From Setoptus koraiensis (taxonomy: Eukaryota > Animalia > Arthropoda): 64,000 nt of DNA. The number at the start of each line of letters is the position of its first letter. Position 1 is the first letter of the stretch. A model generated the notes under the pieces. That model saw only the letters and a list, made by a program, of their open reading frames with translations, was not told the origin of the DNA and ran no database searches. The translations under genes were made by a program, and so were the position numbers. The stretch is taken from the NCBI GenBank assembly GCA_048013815.1, contig CM106585.1, positions 5,456,001 through 5,520,000 on the forward strand, given 5' to 3'. Below, in pieces: positions 12,121 through 25,094 of the stretch.

Positions 12121-15100
12121 ATGAAGCGATCACTCATGGGGGCGCTGTGGCGGAATGATTGGCACCATCATTACTGGCCGCGCGCTGTTGGCGCGCTGAG
12201 AAACCGACGTAAATAAATAAATAACGAATATTGTGTTATGTGGCCAAGCAGACAGATTTACTTTCTAATATTTCGTGTAAGTATCGTGTAAGTGTTAGCG
12301 AGCAAGTGTATTCGTGTGGCCCCTCACCGGACCGGCACCGGGGCCCCGTGCGAGGGGCCCCGGAATAGCTGGCCCGCGAATAATCATCGCGCAAGCAAAA
12401 AAATAATGACGAGCTCTTATTATCATTATCTGTTCACTATCAGGCCATTTCCACATGATTGCCATCTTGCCGCTGGAGCTGCTGAGCGACAGGCAATGGC
12501 CAGAAAAAGATGGCGAGATAACGAGGCCAGAAGGGGCCCAATGCAACGATTTCCAACGATTTAATCTTGCCAATAACAGAGGCTTAGTCCAAGGACAACA
12601 GCGACTGCTGCTGTTGCTGTTGTCGTTTATGATGAATCAGCAAGATAACGCGGCGACTTGAATAGCTGGTCGAATCACACGTCGGTGCCTTTCAACGATG
12701 GCTGCGTCGTTGGCGCCTCTTCGGGCCCCGCTCGGCACTCGGCTCGCGGCTTGCGGGCCCCAAACGCGCTGGCTGCAGTTGCTGTGCACTGGTCGCCTTG
12801 AGGGGCTTGCGAGCAGAGGCAAGCCACTGTCAGATGCACCTGTATTTGAAAGTTGGCGCCACTCGCAACGGGCGCGCTGGGGCCCGCCGAACTGGCGTCG
12901 CGCGCTCTTCGCTCGGGCCCATTAACTGATCCGCTTCTGCCGGATTCAGCATGCAGCTTAGCGGGCTCGGACAGACGCGGCGGCCCGGTGGGCAGACCGG
13001 TTAACTGGTGTGTTAATTTTACTTCTCGATTGCTTGTACGTTTGTTTGTGGCATTGTTGCTGCTGTTGTTGTTGTTGCTGTTGTTGCTGACCACTGTCCG
13101 TGCGGCGGCCAACAATCGCTCGGATAATCGGCTCACTCGATCGCTTTGCGTCCTCTCGGCGGGCCGAACACAATGCGCTTGCTTGGGGGCCCTTTCGGGG
13201 GGCGCTTGGCACAACCGCAATTTCAACCGCAACCGGCGCTCAGATGGCGCCCCGTTCACACAAACAAACTGCCGCTGTACAACTGCGAGCACACGATACA
13301 AATCAATGATGAACAAGGTCACGAACAATGACGCCAACAAAGGATCCAAATGAAATTAGGAATGATGACTCGGATAACTCGGTAACCGGCCGCCAGTCGA
13401 CAACAATGCACAACAGCTAGCTGGCCGACAATCGATCATGAGACGATTTGCGAGCGAATTCTCGCTCGTGCAAATCGCAAAAGAATCGCTCATTGCGCTC
13501 GATTCTTTTGAATATTCGTCTCGCCAGTCTCCCCATTACATAATACCGCTGTATGGTCCGTGCACCACTGTCCGTGTTGTATAAACCCACATACGGGTTT
13601 ATACACAAGTATTCGGGTTTATACACAAGCGCGCGTATGCCGCGGACGGGCCGCGCTGACGCAACACGCGCATAATAACAGTGGCCCCAATTTTTATGGC
13701 TTCTTTTGTCGCAAACACATATGCTGCCTCGGTCGCTCGGTCGCTATGCCGCTCCGCCGGTCGGTCGCCATGCCGGTCGGTCGCTCGGTCGCTCTGCCGG
13801 TCGCTCGGGCGGCGTCCCGGCGCGTCGGCGAGCCAAGTGGGAGTTTCTGTTTGCTGCGCTCGTTTGAGTGTCATCATTGCATAACATCGAGCTCGCCAAT
13901 CAAGGTCGCCGCCATCAAGGCAGCCATTGAGCTGGGCCCCTTGTGCACAAGCGCCAGCGTTATAATTTATGTTAAAAATAAGCCCGGCGCGCTCGTTAAT
14001 GAATCGTCATCGCGCTGTCTAAAATCTAATTAGGTCACACAATTAGTGTGCAATCATTGTGTTGGGCCCGACACATTTCGCGTGCGCCGGCGCGCCCTCC
14101 CATCGGCTCCCATGGTTTGTGGCTGTGAGTGCCGACAATATTCCAGTTGTTGCGCACATCTCAATGGGCTCCGCGGGCTCAACGGGTTGGCCGGGTGGGC
14201 CGGGTTGGCCGCAATGCTCGCCAGTTGCAGCGAGCCATCATTAAATTGACAACAACGCTGGCCCCAAACAAGCGATAAAAGCGGGCGGCGGGCCGAATAA
14301 GGGCTTTGTTTTCTTGACACCGAGCGGCCGAGCCGGCCGAACGGGTTCAGCATCAAAACACTGGCACAAGCTGGCTGCCAATTGGCGCCCATTGGCAAGG
14401 TGATGCGGCGCTGTTGTCGGCTGCACAGTTTATTGGTTAATTAATGCTAACCAGTCATCAAAAAGTGCCCTGTGTGCCACGTGCCTCGTGGCGCCACTCA
14501 ACATTGCGGATGCATCTCAACAAATTTAAGTCTGTCTGTCAAGTCGGCTGGCCAGTGTTACGCAATATGCGCACTCCAAGTTTACGCACTGAATACATCG
14601 CCCACATTGGGCCATGTGCTGGCCTGTATCATGCACACTGACAGCGTCGCCGTATCTGGGGCCCCAGCCTCGTGTTACATTTTGTGTCTGAATTGGCAAG
14701 ACCGATTTTTCGCAGCGACAGCAGCTCTTGTTGTTGCTGCTGAGCGAATTTAGTGCCCCGGCCCAGACAACCAAACAATCGCCATAAATGCACACAAATT
14801 TGGGCCCTTTGGGCAGCATTCGTCCCGAAATGGGGCACGCAAATGCCCCAATTCGGGACGAATGGCGCGCTCGGTGAGTTGCAGTGTCTGCTGGCTGGCT
14901 GGCTGTTGTCGCAAACAGATTATAATGCGCCGACAGATAATAATGATTGCCCAGTTTATCGTCACACAACTGGCTGTGGCTGGCGTGTGGCGTTTTTGCT
15001 TTTGTGGGGGGGCCCCTTCCCGCTTGCAGTCAGTATTAATCACACGGCGGCTAAACAGTGTTGGTTGTGTTTTTTCCTTTTGGGCCCCGTTCTTTCGGGC

Positions 15101-15633
15101 CCCGTTCTTTCGGGCCCCGTTCTTCTGGGCCCGCGCTCTTTCTGGCTCCGGCGTGGGTGCATCGTTGATTGACTGGCGCGTTTACTTCCTCTCGATGGAG
15201 CGGCCCGGTCTCGGTGCAGTCGGCAGCCCGCTCTGGTGCGCCCAGAAATAATAATAACAACGGCCTGTTAATTAAGGGCGCATCTAATCGGGCCGTCGGC
15301 AAACAATGGCCGTGGTTTGTATCAAATCCAGCACACACACACCCAATTGTATCGTTACCCGAGCGCCACAAATGCCGCTGTCCGACAAATTTGAGTGCAT
15401 TTCCACTGACGACAACAGCACCTATATATCAACACGCAGCAGCCGAAAACAAACTGGGGCCCCGCCAGGCCAGCATATCCAGTTACAAACACATTAACAT
15501 TGTTTTTTGCCCACTGCATGTAAAACTGTATGTAATAATTCATCATTCAGACGGCCAATCCGTCAAAATTATTTCATTTCGTTGTGATTGTGTCAACATT
15601 GTTTGCACTTGATTCGCGCCCCAGCGCGCTCCA

Positions 15634-15738
15634 TACCCAACAATACTGTACAGTACATACCCAACAATACTGTACAGTACATACCCAACAGTGCATACCC
15701 AACAATACATAGCCGACAATACATACCCAACAATACAT
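15634..15738. repeat. 24-bp/15-bp tandem repeat built on CATACCCAACAATAC
   Basis: Two 24-bp units followed by shorter degenerate copies. Confidence 0.8.
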
Positions 15739-17634
15739 GGCCGACATTACGACACACGGGTGGTATACCCTGGTGGCGATGGGGCCGGGCCGGGCCGACA
15801 AATGTGAGGCTCACATTTGGAGCTTGTGTCGCCATCTCGCGGCGCCGATCACAGTTGCCAGTTGTTGTTGTTGTTGATGTTGCTGGCAGTTGGCGGGGGC
15901 CTAATTAGCGTCAGTTAATTATTGGTGCTGTTGCACAACACGTATTGGTATTATGGATAATGCCAAGTGTAATTCTATAATACACATAACGCACGCACCG
16001 ATAGACAGATTGAAGAAGGTATTATAGCCATAGTATTGCCAGTGGCTGATGGCAGCGATATGGGCGCTATGGTTGATCGATAGTCGTAATTGGTCGACGA
16101 GAGTGACGGTAAATTTGTTTTGTATTTGTGCAACAACGACGACGACGACAACAACAACAACAGCGACAACAACAACAACAACAACAGCGACAACAACAAC
16201 AACAACAACAGCGACAACAACAACAGCGGCAGAGTTGTGCTGAGTCGACTGTATGCGATTGATAGAATTACAGCCGGGATATAAATGAATTGCAGGGGCG
16301 CCTGTTGGGCAATATTGCACGACTCGCATGTATGGATCGGGGATAATTGGGTTGCGCGAATGGGCGCGAGGGCGCCTCGAGAAGGCTGGCCGGCGCGCGA
16401 GACCGACGAGCACGCCCGACACGGGCCAAAGCGAGATTTCGAGCGGCGAATCACGTGAGCTCGTTACATCACCGACTGGCCGATATTATATAACCGATAT
16501 ATAAGTATTCACAGTGCCGTGCGACTGGCAATCGTGAATACACGCCGTAGATAGAGGACGCGCGCTTTAGACGGTAGATAGCGCGTATAGACAAAGATAA
16601 TTGCAATTTATAAAGTTATCTTAATCTAACTGCGAGCTGACAGCGAGCTCGCGAGTTGCCGTCGCGAGACGCGGCCAGACGGCGCCCGAGTCTCGGAGTG
16701 GGCAAATGTGTGTGCTCAGCGTTTTAATTGGATGTAACAAAAGGCGCAAAGTATCTGTCAAGATGTGACTTAGGTGAATTCGGTGGGCTCTTCTGGGCTC
16801 TCGTTGGGGCTCGCCGGCGCTCGAGTCAAATTCGTGCCCAGTGACATAACAGTGTTTGCCGAGCAGCTAGCTGGGTAAACAACGACGACGACGACGCAAC
16901 GATGAGTCAGTTCACGACAAATGAAATTCACGCGAAGGCGCACATTTTGTCAAGATATTTTATGGCCAACTGCCAATGCCGGCGCACACCGACACGCACA
17001 CATGACATAAATGGCACGCTTGTTGCCGTCTTGTGCCGTCTTGTGCCGTCGCACACGCACATCGCGTCGGGGATGAATTTTTCATGAGGCCCACGTAAGT
17101 TGCAAAGTCAATTATAGTGTGCACATACTATTATGATAGCAACGACAGCGACAGCAACAGCGACGACAACAACAGCGAATAGCAGCAAATATTCGCAGGT
17201 GAATAGTTGCCGCGCAGTTGCGCAAGAATGGCGCTCACTTCCGGAAGTGGCTGCCAATGGGTCGCAAACAAGCGCGAGGGGCGCAAACAAGCGCCACGCA
17301 AAGTGCAACGGTCCACCCAGTGAACGGGACCCAGTTAGCACAAGCGTCGAGCTTGCGGACCTGTCTAAACGGGGCCCATTGTTTTGGCAGTTTGAGCGAC
17401 ACTTGGCGCCGGGCCGGCTGAAAAAGTGACTTGTGAGAAAAAGAGACACAAAAACAATGTGTGCATATGATAATTGTCAGATGTGTTCTCGGAAGTAGTT
17501 AGTGCTTGTGTCGGCCGCGACGCTCACCAGTTGGCACTCACATAATCGTTACAATAGCCGAATAATACACAATATATGTATATATTATATTAGATCGCGA
17601 TAGCTGTTGTCATGTCACTGTCATGCTGCTAGAT

Positions 17635-17824
17635 ATTACATAATATGCTAAATGTGCAATTTGAAAATTTCTAGCGGCCCAACGCTCGATTGCTGGCGAG
17701 TCACACGCATCGGGCGCAAGCCTGGGGCCGGCAACAAATACGACGACTGTTACATAATAATGTTGATGTAGTTACATAATAACACTGTTGCAGTAACATA
17801 ACAACGCTGTTGTAGTTACATAAT
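17635..17824. promoter_or_regulatory. cluster of four PAR-bZIP/NFIL3-type sites (RTTACATAAT)
   Basis: Exact matches at 17635, 17749, 17771 and 17815. RTTAYGTAAY is the known consensus for Pdp1/Vrille/Giant-class bZIP factors. Function untested. Confidence 0.5.
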
Positions 17825-18045
17825 GACGTTGATGCAGTTGCTTATCACGGTGCACACGCTCTAATATTGAGTGATCGGCGATATCAGTGGCTAATGTAGC
17901 GGTCAATTTGGTCGCAATAATGGCTCAACAAGCCTGATTGCTCTCGCAGCAGAACAGTCAGGGACATCGCTGGCAAGTCACTCAATAATGGATCATTTGC
18001 CACTGCTAGTCTCGTCATTTTTGGCACGGGCCGCTCTGAACAAAC

Positions 18046-18184
18046 TCCAGCGAATATCCAGCGAATATCCAGTGAATATCCAGCGAATATCCAGCGAATA
18101 TCCAGTGAATATCCAGTGAATATCCGGTGAATATCCAGTGAATATCCAGTGAATATCCAGTGAATATCCAGTGAATATCCGGTG
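18046..18184. repeat. 11-bp minisatellite (GAATATCCAGY), ~12 copies
   Basis: Direct tandem units with no spacers. Confidence 0.92.
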
Positions 18185-19575
18185 ATTTCCACCTCAACAC
18201 TTCTGTCATTCATGATTTATCGCTGGATCATCGTTTCAGCGAGATACGAGCAATATTTACATGCGAGACTGGACAGTTGTTGCTGCAATTATCGCCTCAC
18301 CGACTGAACCGACAAACCGACAAACCGATTGTGAACCGATCGAAGGGCTGACTGGCGGCGAGAAATCTCTCGAGCCGACGCTGGTCACGAGATTGACTGT
18401 AATTGTGGCGCAATTAAGCGCAACAACAGGCGCCGGTCAGTCGATCAACATTCACACGCGAGGCATCGTCTGGCGTGCCGAGATCCGACGAGTAGCGCGT
18501 GCGATTCGAATCGCATCGTCTGGCCGACACGAGTCGCATCGAGCTCGAACTGGGGGCCGACCGTTCGGCTGGCACCGACGATTGTATATGGGTTTGCGTT
18601 GGGGCGCCGCTGTGCGCGTCGGTCAGTCGCCGCGGACGATCGACTCGATTGAGTGGATAGGCACGGATATTCGCAATAGCAACATTCATAATGGTGGTAA
18701 TATTCGTAATATCAGTATTCACGATATCAGTAATGTTCACAATATCAGTAATATTCACAATGTCAGTATTCACAATGTCGGTATTCACAATATTGGCATC
18801 TTTAGTACGTCTGTGCGCCCCGAACCGAACAACCGGCAACGATAATAAGTGGACGGCAGTGCGTGCCGCAACACGAGCAGACAAAACACGCGCTCGTGAA
18901 TAATGTGTGAATATCAATTATATTTAGCTTGCCGGATGATTGGTTGGGCGCTGCAGTCGCATTTGGATTGCGCGATTCGCAACGAAGCGCCCCCTCAGAT
19001 TATCTGGCATTGCGAAATGGACGACAGTTGCTTGTCGGCAGTGGCCGGCGAGCATTTTCAAATCGGTCGGTTGTCGCACAATAAATCACGGGCTTACCAC
19101 CGGACACACAGGAACAGAGTATTAAAATTCACATTTTGATGTGATTCGTGCACGCGCCCGCCAGTCGCACCATCTCGCCGGCACGTAACACGTGCCGGCG
19201 AGTAGTATTTCATAATGGTCGACGGCGTTGACACAAACTGTTGGCTTGACATTGTCGCCTCAATTGATCGGTTGTTCGCGTTGCTCGGCCGACAAGTCGC
19301 CGCTTGTCTTAGGCGGCCTAAGTTGGGCCGCCGCAATTTTATAACTTGTTTTGTAAGCGGCCCATGCATGCACGATTTCCGCCGCTCCACTTCCGGCTAC
19401 ACCTATCCGCGGGCGTGCGTGCCGCCGGCCAGCCGACCATTTGGCCGACCGACTGTTCGACCGACTGGCCGACCGACTGTTCGACCGACTGACCGACCGA
19501 CGGACACGAAAATGGAAACTGTTTGATGCGAGCGACGGCCCCAAAATAAGCTGTGTGTTTGTGGCGGGCGCCACA

Positions 19576-19650
19576 TGAGCGATATGGGCGACATGGGCGA
19601 CGAGGGCGACATGGGCGACATGGGCGACATGGGCGACGAGGGCGACATGA
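19576..19650. repeat. 9-bp tandem repeat (ATGGGCGAC/GAGGGCGAC)
   Basis: Direct tandem units. Confidence 0.85.
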
Positions 19651-21725
19651 GCGTGCAAATGCAAAGCAAACATGACCGACGAGCGCCGCTTGTCGGGGCC
19701 CATTTGGGGCCCGATTAATTTATCGTGTGCGGCGATTGTGTAATCATTGTGTGCGGGTCAAGCTCGGCCGGCCAGTTTGTGGTCTGTGTATCTGTCATCG
19801 ATGTCGCGCACGAGCCTCATCGCGGGCCCCAAAATTGATGGCTGTCTTGTCGGGCCGGCGCGCGCGCTCGTTGAGCGAACCCGTTGCCAGGGCAAACATA
19901 AACAACGATTTATCTGGACGGCTAACCGCTCGCCAGCCAGCCAGCGGCGCGCGACAGCCAGCGGCACGCGATTGCCCGTGCCTCGCCGGAGTAACGATAA
20001 ATTGATGATACTTGTCTGGCGCTCGCTGGCCCCTTTGGCCCCCTGGCCCCGTTCGGGCCCGCGGCTGGCCGGTCGCTCACGCTGGTCGGCTGCCGACCGC
20101 ACACCGGCCAGCGGGGCACTTTCGCCAGCGACACACACAAGCGGGCTCAACGCAATAGCAAGCGGCCACCGCGATCAGTAGTTACATAATGTCGATTGCG
20201 CTCGAAAGTGGGCCCCGTCGGCAGCACTGCACGACCGGTCGACGGCGAGCTTGGCCAGTTCCGCCAGTTCCGCCAGTTTGGCCAGTTTGGCCGGTTTGGC
20301 AAACTTGGCGAGCCGTTTGGCGGCCCGACCGGGCGCTCATAAAGAGCCGATCAAGTCGATGCCGGCTTGCGACTGCGAATCTGCGTCCGGCCCGTTCATT
20401 TCATAACTGGCCAGCCCCTTTGCTCCCGTGAGCGATGTGACTCAAAAAACGTTCATCTAGTTGATCAAGAAAGTGGTTCGCTGCTGACGCCCGCAAAATC
20501 GTTGCGAGCGCGGACAAACTCGCCCATACGCTGCGGTCAAACCGGGCCGGCGGCAACTTGTTATGGTCGCAACAAAAAGTGCGCACCGGCCCGACGATAT
20601 GCTGACTGGCCTAGACTGGTCGTTTGTTTCGAGCGGTGGGCGCCATCGCGGCCCGAAATGCACGTGTGTTTGGCACACAAATAAGACACACAAATTGGCA
20701 CACAAACAACAAATCACCAGCGCTGCGCCACAAATGCGCCCCAAAACAAATCAGTGAATAGCCCAAATGAGTGGGGCCCGACAAGCGTGCACGCGATCGC
20801 GGCGAACAGTTTTGGAATGGTTGCGAAATACTCTGGCATGGTTGCGAAATACTTTTGGAATTGACATTTCACGCCATGCGATAGTTGGTATAAATACAAA
20901 AATGATCAAAAGGTTTGTCGCGCTCAGCTGATTCCGACGGTCACGTCTGGTGGCGTTGCGAGACGGTCTGGCCTCGAAACGGAGTCGCCCCAAATGTGCG
21001 CGTCTGGCAATTGATTTGATGCGTCCGAATGCCTCGGATTTGTTCATCTGTGCACAATTAGAACGTGCAGGTTCGGCGCGGTGCGCGCTCTCAGACAATT
21101 GGCGCGCCCGACTATAGCGACGTTCGCGACTATGGCGACTAAAGCGACTATGGCGACTCTCGCGACTCGCCACTCGAGGGCCACTTGTCGAGCCACAAGC
21201 GGCGACGGGCCGCTGAAACGAGCGATTAGTGGCAATTTGGAGCGGGCCCAACGAGACGCGAGACAGAGTCGTCACGGGCCGTATCAGTGGCTGGCACCAT
21301 GATAACAACAACAAATTAGATCGAGTTAACAGTCTCGTCTGGCTCGTCGGGTTTGACGGGGCGACGGCTTAGCGCGAACGGCTCACCGAGCCGATTGGAA
21401 ATGACGCGCCCACTGTGTGGCTCGGCGCGAGACGCGGCCGCTTTAATTGCGAGGCTGCCATTTTTTGGGGCCCGCGCGAGCACCTATGCACGCGCCGGCC
21501 CGTGTGTTGCAAATGGCAGTTACAATGGCAGTTTGTGTGTCTAGCCGGTCGGCTAGACACACCTTGTGTCGCTACAATAATCGTGTGCCAGAATCGTCGC
21601 GTGTAGCAGTCGTCGGCGGCCGGCGGAAACCAATGGCTTCCCGATGCCGGCACGCGGATATTGGCGGATATTGATGGGATGAGGTATTGACGTGCCGCGT
21701 CAACGCGGCGCTGACTGTGACTTAC

Positions 21726-22416
21726 CCGCCAAAATTGAATCGCGACGGCGAATGGGAGCCCGACTTGCGCGGGCTTATCCTGCCGGCCCCGCCGGCGCTG
21801 CTCAATTGGTGCTGCTCGTGTTGATGCGGATGTTGTTGCTGTTGTTGTTGTTGCTGTTGTTGCTGCTGTTGTTGCTGTTGTTGCTGTTGTTGTTGGTGCT
21901 GCTGTTGCCGATGCGGGCCCGCACTTGATTGATGCCTAACTAATGATCTGTGCAGGCTGCACGTCATTTGCTCCAGTTGTGCCGCGTCTCGGCCGGCCGG
22001 CCCGCCGCCCGTCCGGCAAGACACTTTGGCCGGGTCGGGGTGCTCGTCGCAAACGTTCGTGATAGATATGGAGCACCTGGGCCGGCGCTGGGTGTGCTCG
22101 TCCGTGGGCGCCGCCGTTTCGCTTGTTTGCGCTTCTTTCGGGGCGCCCGTTGCCCGTTGTTCGCCGGGCCGCCGGCTCGTCGAATCCGCGTCGCCGTCCG
22201 CTGGCTGTTGCCGGTCCGCTGGCCACTGCGAGCCGGCCGCCCTGTTCCCGTGAGTGACCTCGCCCGAACTCTGCTGCACAGAGCACACCACTGATTTGAT
22301 GGCCCCGTCACACTGATCAGTCTGGTCGCAGCACAACAACTGCGTCACCTGGCCGGCTGGTGTCGCTGCGTCGGGCTCGTGCTCGACAATCGGTGCAATA
22401 CTGCTGTTTTGCGCGT

Positions 22417-22454
<38 letters not shown>

Positions 22455-23371
22455 GCAACCACCTCTGAACAACAACAACCGCTGACGGCCAGCAGGTCTG
22501 TTTGTGACACGGCACAGCTAGGGGCGGGTGTCGCGGGCTTGCCGCTCAATTGCTCGTCGCTGCCCGTCGCTTGATCGCCGGCCGGCGCAAGCGGAACCCG
22601 GAAAATATTATTATCACTGATTGTCAACGGAAACGGGCCGGCGCCGCCACAGCCCGGACTCGTGGGCGTGCTACTCAGCGACTGGGCGCCGCTGTAACAC
22701 TGCTGCTGCTGCGGCTGCTGGCCGTTAGGGCGCGCAGCCATTCTAAATCTAAAAAAGCACATAGGGTCGGAACAGACGGGCGTGGTCGCTAGGCACTGTT
22801 GTCGCTTTAGGTTGTTCGGGTTGGTGTCGCCGCTGTCCAGCTCCAACTGCAATCTCGGCTCGTCCCGGTAGGCGGCGCTGGCGCTAACGGTGGCGTTGGT
22901 GGAGCTGGTGTCGGTGTCGGTGTCGTCGGCGTTGCTGCTGCTGCTGTCGTCGAGCTGACCGAGCTGTTCTCTCATTTTGGACTGTTGCTGTTGCTGGTAA
23001 AGCTGCTGACAGAGGGCACAATCCGCTCGGGCAAAGGTGGTGCCACTATCGAAATCCTCGTGACTATTCGCACTGTTCCGGTTGTGCGCCCCGAACAGCT
23101 GACCAGAGGAATACCTGTCGTGGTTGTTGGCGGCCCCGACCAGGCCCGTGCCGCTCGACGAGCGCTGGTATTTGTAGCCGCACATGGGCGCGTCCAGGCC
23201 GCCGCCGCTGCTGCTGCCCAGGGTATTTGTGGTGCGAAATCTGATTGGCGAGTGCTGTCTAGCGCGGTGGCTACTGGCAAAAGGACTGGTTGCGTCATTT
23301 AGGCCGCCGCCGCACTGCAACTGATTGTGGCCGCCCGAGCTGGCGCTAGCGCTGGCCCGCCTCCTAAACAT
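21726..23371 (-). CDS. probable dunce alternative first coding exon C (548 codons, MFRRRASAS..., polyQ, ends ...SHSPSRFNFG)
   Basis: gccATG with an in-frame TAG five codons upstream. Perfect donor GG|GTAAGT, phase 2, the same phase as the UCR1 exon donor. No recognisable domain, so gene assignment is inference. Confidence 0.62.
21830..21910 (-). repeat. CAA/CAG trinucleotide tract encoding polyglutamine in exon C (one of many coding polyQ/N/T tracts in exons A-D)
   Basis: Translates to a Q run of about 20 residues in the exon frame. Confidence 0.85.
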
Positions 23372-25010
23372 GGCGCTACCTCTCCACTAGAGAGTCTTCA
23401 GTGCCCTGCCTGTGGCGTGTCTGATGCCCCTCTGCCGGGCCGGTACCCCTCTCTGTCTCTCTCTCTATATATATATATCTTAATCTGGTAGTGAAAAGTG
23501 GTTGCTGGCGAGCGTGAGTTTGCACTTAATTGGGCAGGAGGGGGCGCCAATTGGCCAATTCGAGCCAGATATTGGCCCCGTTAAATCGATGGCGAGTTAG
23601 CGCGAAATGCGCCTGTAAGTTGTGTGACGCAATGCGCTGTTGTGATTGTTGTTTTGATCGCTAGGTGCCCCAAACGGGGCCAAGATGTGCCATTTGAGTT
23701 GTTGCTTGGATGCTGCTGCTGTTGTTGTTGGCGCACGTTGTTGCTATTGTTGCACTTGTTTGCTGCACTTGAAAGCCGTTGCCGTTGCGCAATCTAAAGA
23801 TTATCCATCATTACCCGGGCCCCTGGCGAGCGTTTATTTCTCTGGCTGTATATCTGTGCGCGTTTCCCTGTAATTTCTTTGCGCGTTCAATCTTGTTTTT
23901 CTCGGTTCTTCGTTGTTCAATCTTGTTTTCGCTGTTCTTCTTTGTTCAGTCTTCGCTTCTTGTTGTTCACATTGAGTTCGCATTGAGTTCGCATTGAGTT
24001 CGCATCGGTTCACATTCGGTTCGCGTCGGTTCGCGTCGGTTCGCAGTGAGTTCATCAGAAGGGATAATTGTTAAACTGCTGGCGCGCGCCCACAAGCACG
24101 CTCTCTAGGTGGCGCTATGGCGCGGAATTGCTGCGAATTCTCGCTCGTCTTTTTTACGGGCCCCTCTTTTGTGTGTGTGTTATGATTGTTGTTGATTCAC
24201 TTGGCCACTTTTTGGTTTGTCGTTGCGTCGCAGTGTCTTGGCCGATAATCTGATAATCGCAGTTTCGCCAGTTGCCGAGCGGGCGAGTTGCGAGTTGTTT
24301 AAAATTGGCGAGCTCTTGTTTTCATTTCTATCAACTGCTGGCGTCGCTCGTTTGGCTCGCTTGGCTCGTTTGGCTCGCTTGGCTCGCTTGGCGCCCTAGC
24401 GGCCGCTCTCTCGACGTCTGCGGTGCGTCAAGACGCTCACTTAGACGTTTAGCCGCCGCTTTATTTATTTAGACACTGTTTATCTGTTTGCGAGACACGC
24501 CGTCATGGTGCGAGTCGTCATGTGATACAAACTTGCCAACTTGCACTGTTGCCGCTCACTTATGTATTATGTATGTTTCATGTGTGTGTGTGTGTACGTT
24601 GCGTAACTGGCAAGCTAGCCGCGGCGGCTACAGCAGCAGCGATATAAATGGATTGAGGTTACGCAACTGGCTGGCTGGCTGACAACATGCAACTAGAGAG
24701 CTGTGAGAGTCGGCTCAAGTGGGCCCGCCAGTGAGTGTGCGCCCCGTAGAGCGCGGTTACAAGTCGCGAACGGCCGCTAGGCGCAGCGCGCCATGTTGCT
24801 GCGCATAGCGGCGTACGGGCCGCCGCGGCGCGGCGGTAACGCTAAACGATACCAACGGCGATAACATCATCATCGTCGAGCATCATTAGCAACACATAGA
24901 TACGTTCATATATACGCTCATATATACGCTCACATATACGTTCACATATATGTTTATATATAAGTGCGTCCCGACTGGGCCCATTTTCCATCTTTTCCAC
25001 TCGCGGCTCC

Positions 25011-25094
25011 CATATCCCGTCGCACATCCAGTCGCGTATCCCGTCGCATATCCCGTCGCATATCCAGTCGCGTATCCCGTCGCATATCCAGTCG
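25011..25094. repeat. 12-bp tandem repeat (ATCCCGTCGCAT)
   Basis: About seven degenerate units. Confidence 0.85.

Noticed and set aside
12675-13349. Minus ORF with an apparently hydrophobic N-terminus (DPLLASLFVTLFII...)
   Set aside because: It starts at TTG rather than ATG, the hydrophobicity follows from a T-rich tract, and it has no strong phase-2 donor.
18046-18184. CRISPR-like appearance of tandem arrays (also 45757-45892)
   Set aside because: Units are 6-11 bp with no proper unique spacers, no cas genes are present, and the context is eukaryotic.
19260-19703. Minus ORF starting MGPDKRRSS as a further first exon (similarly 49282-49668 and 57286-57774)
   Set aside because: Largely made of tandem repeats, with no convincing phase-2 donor.
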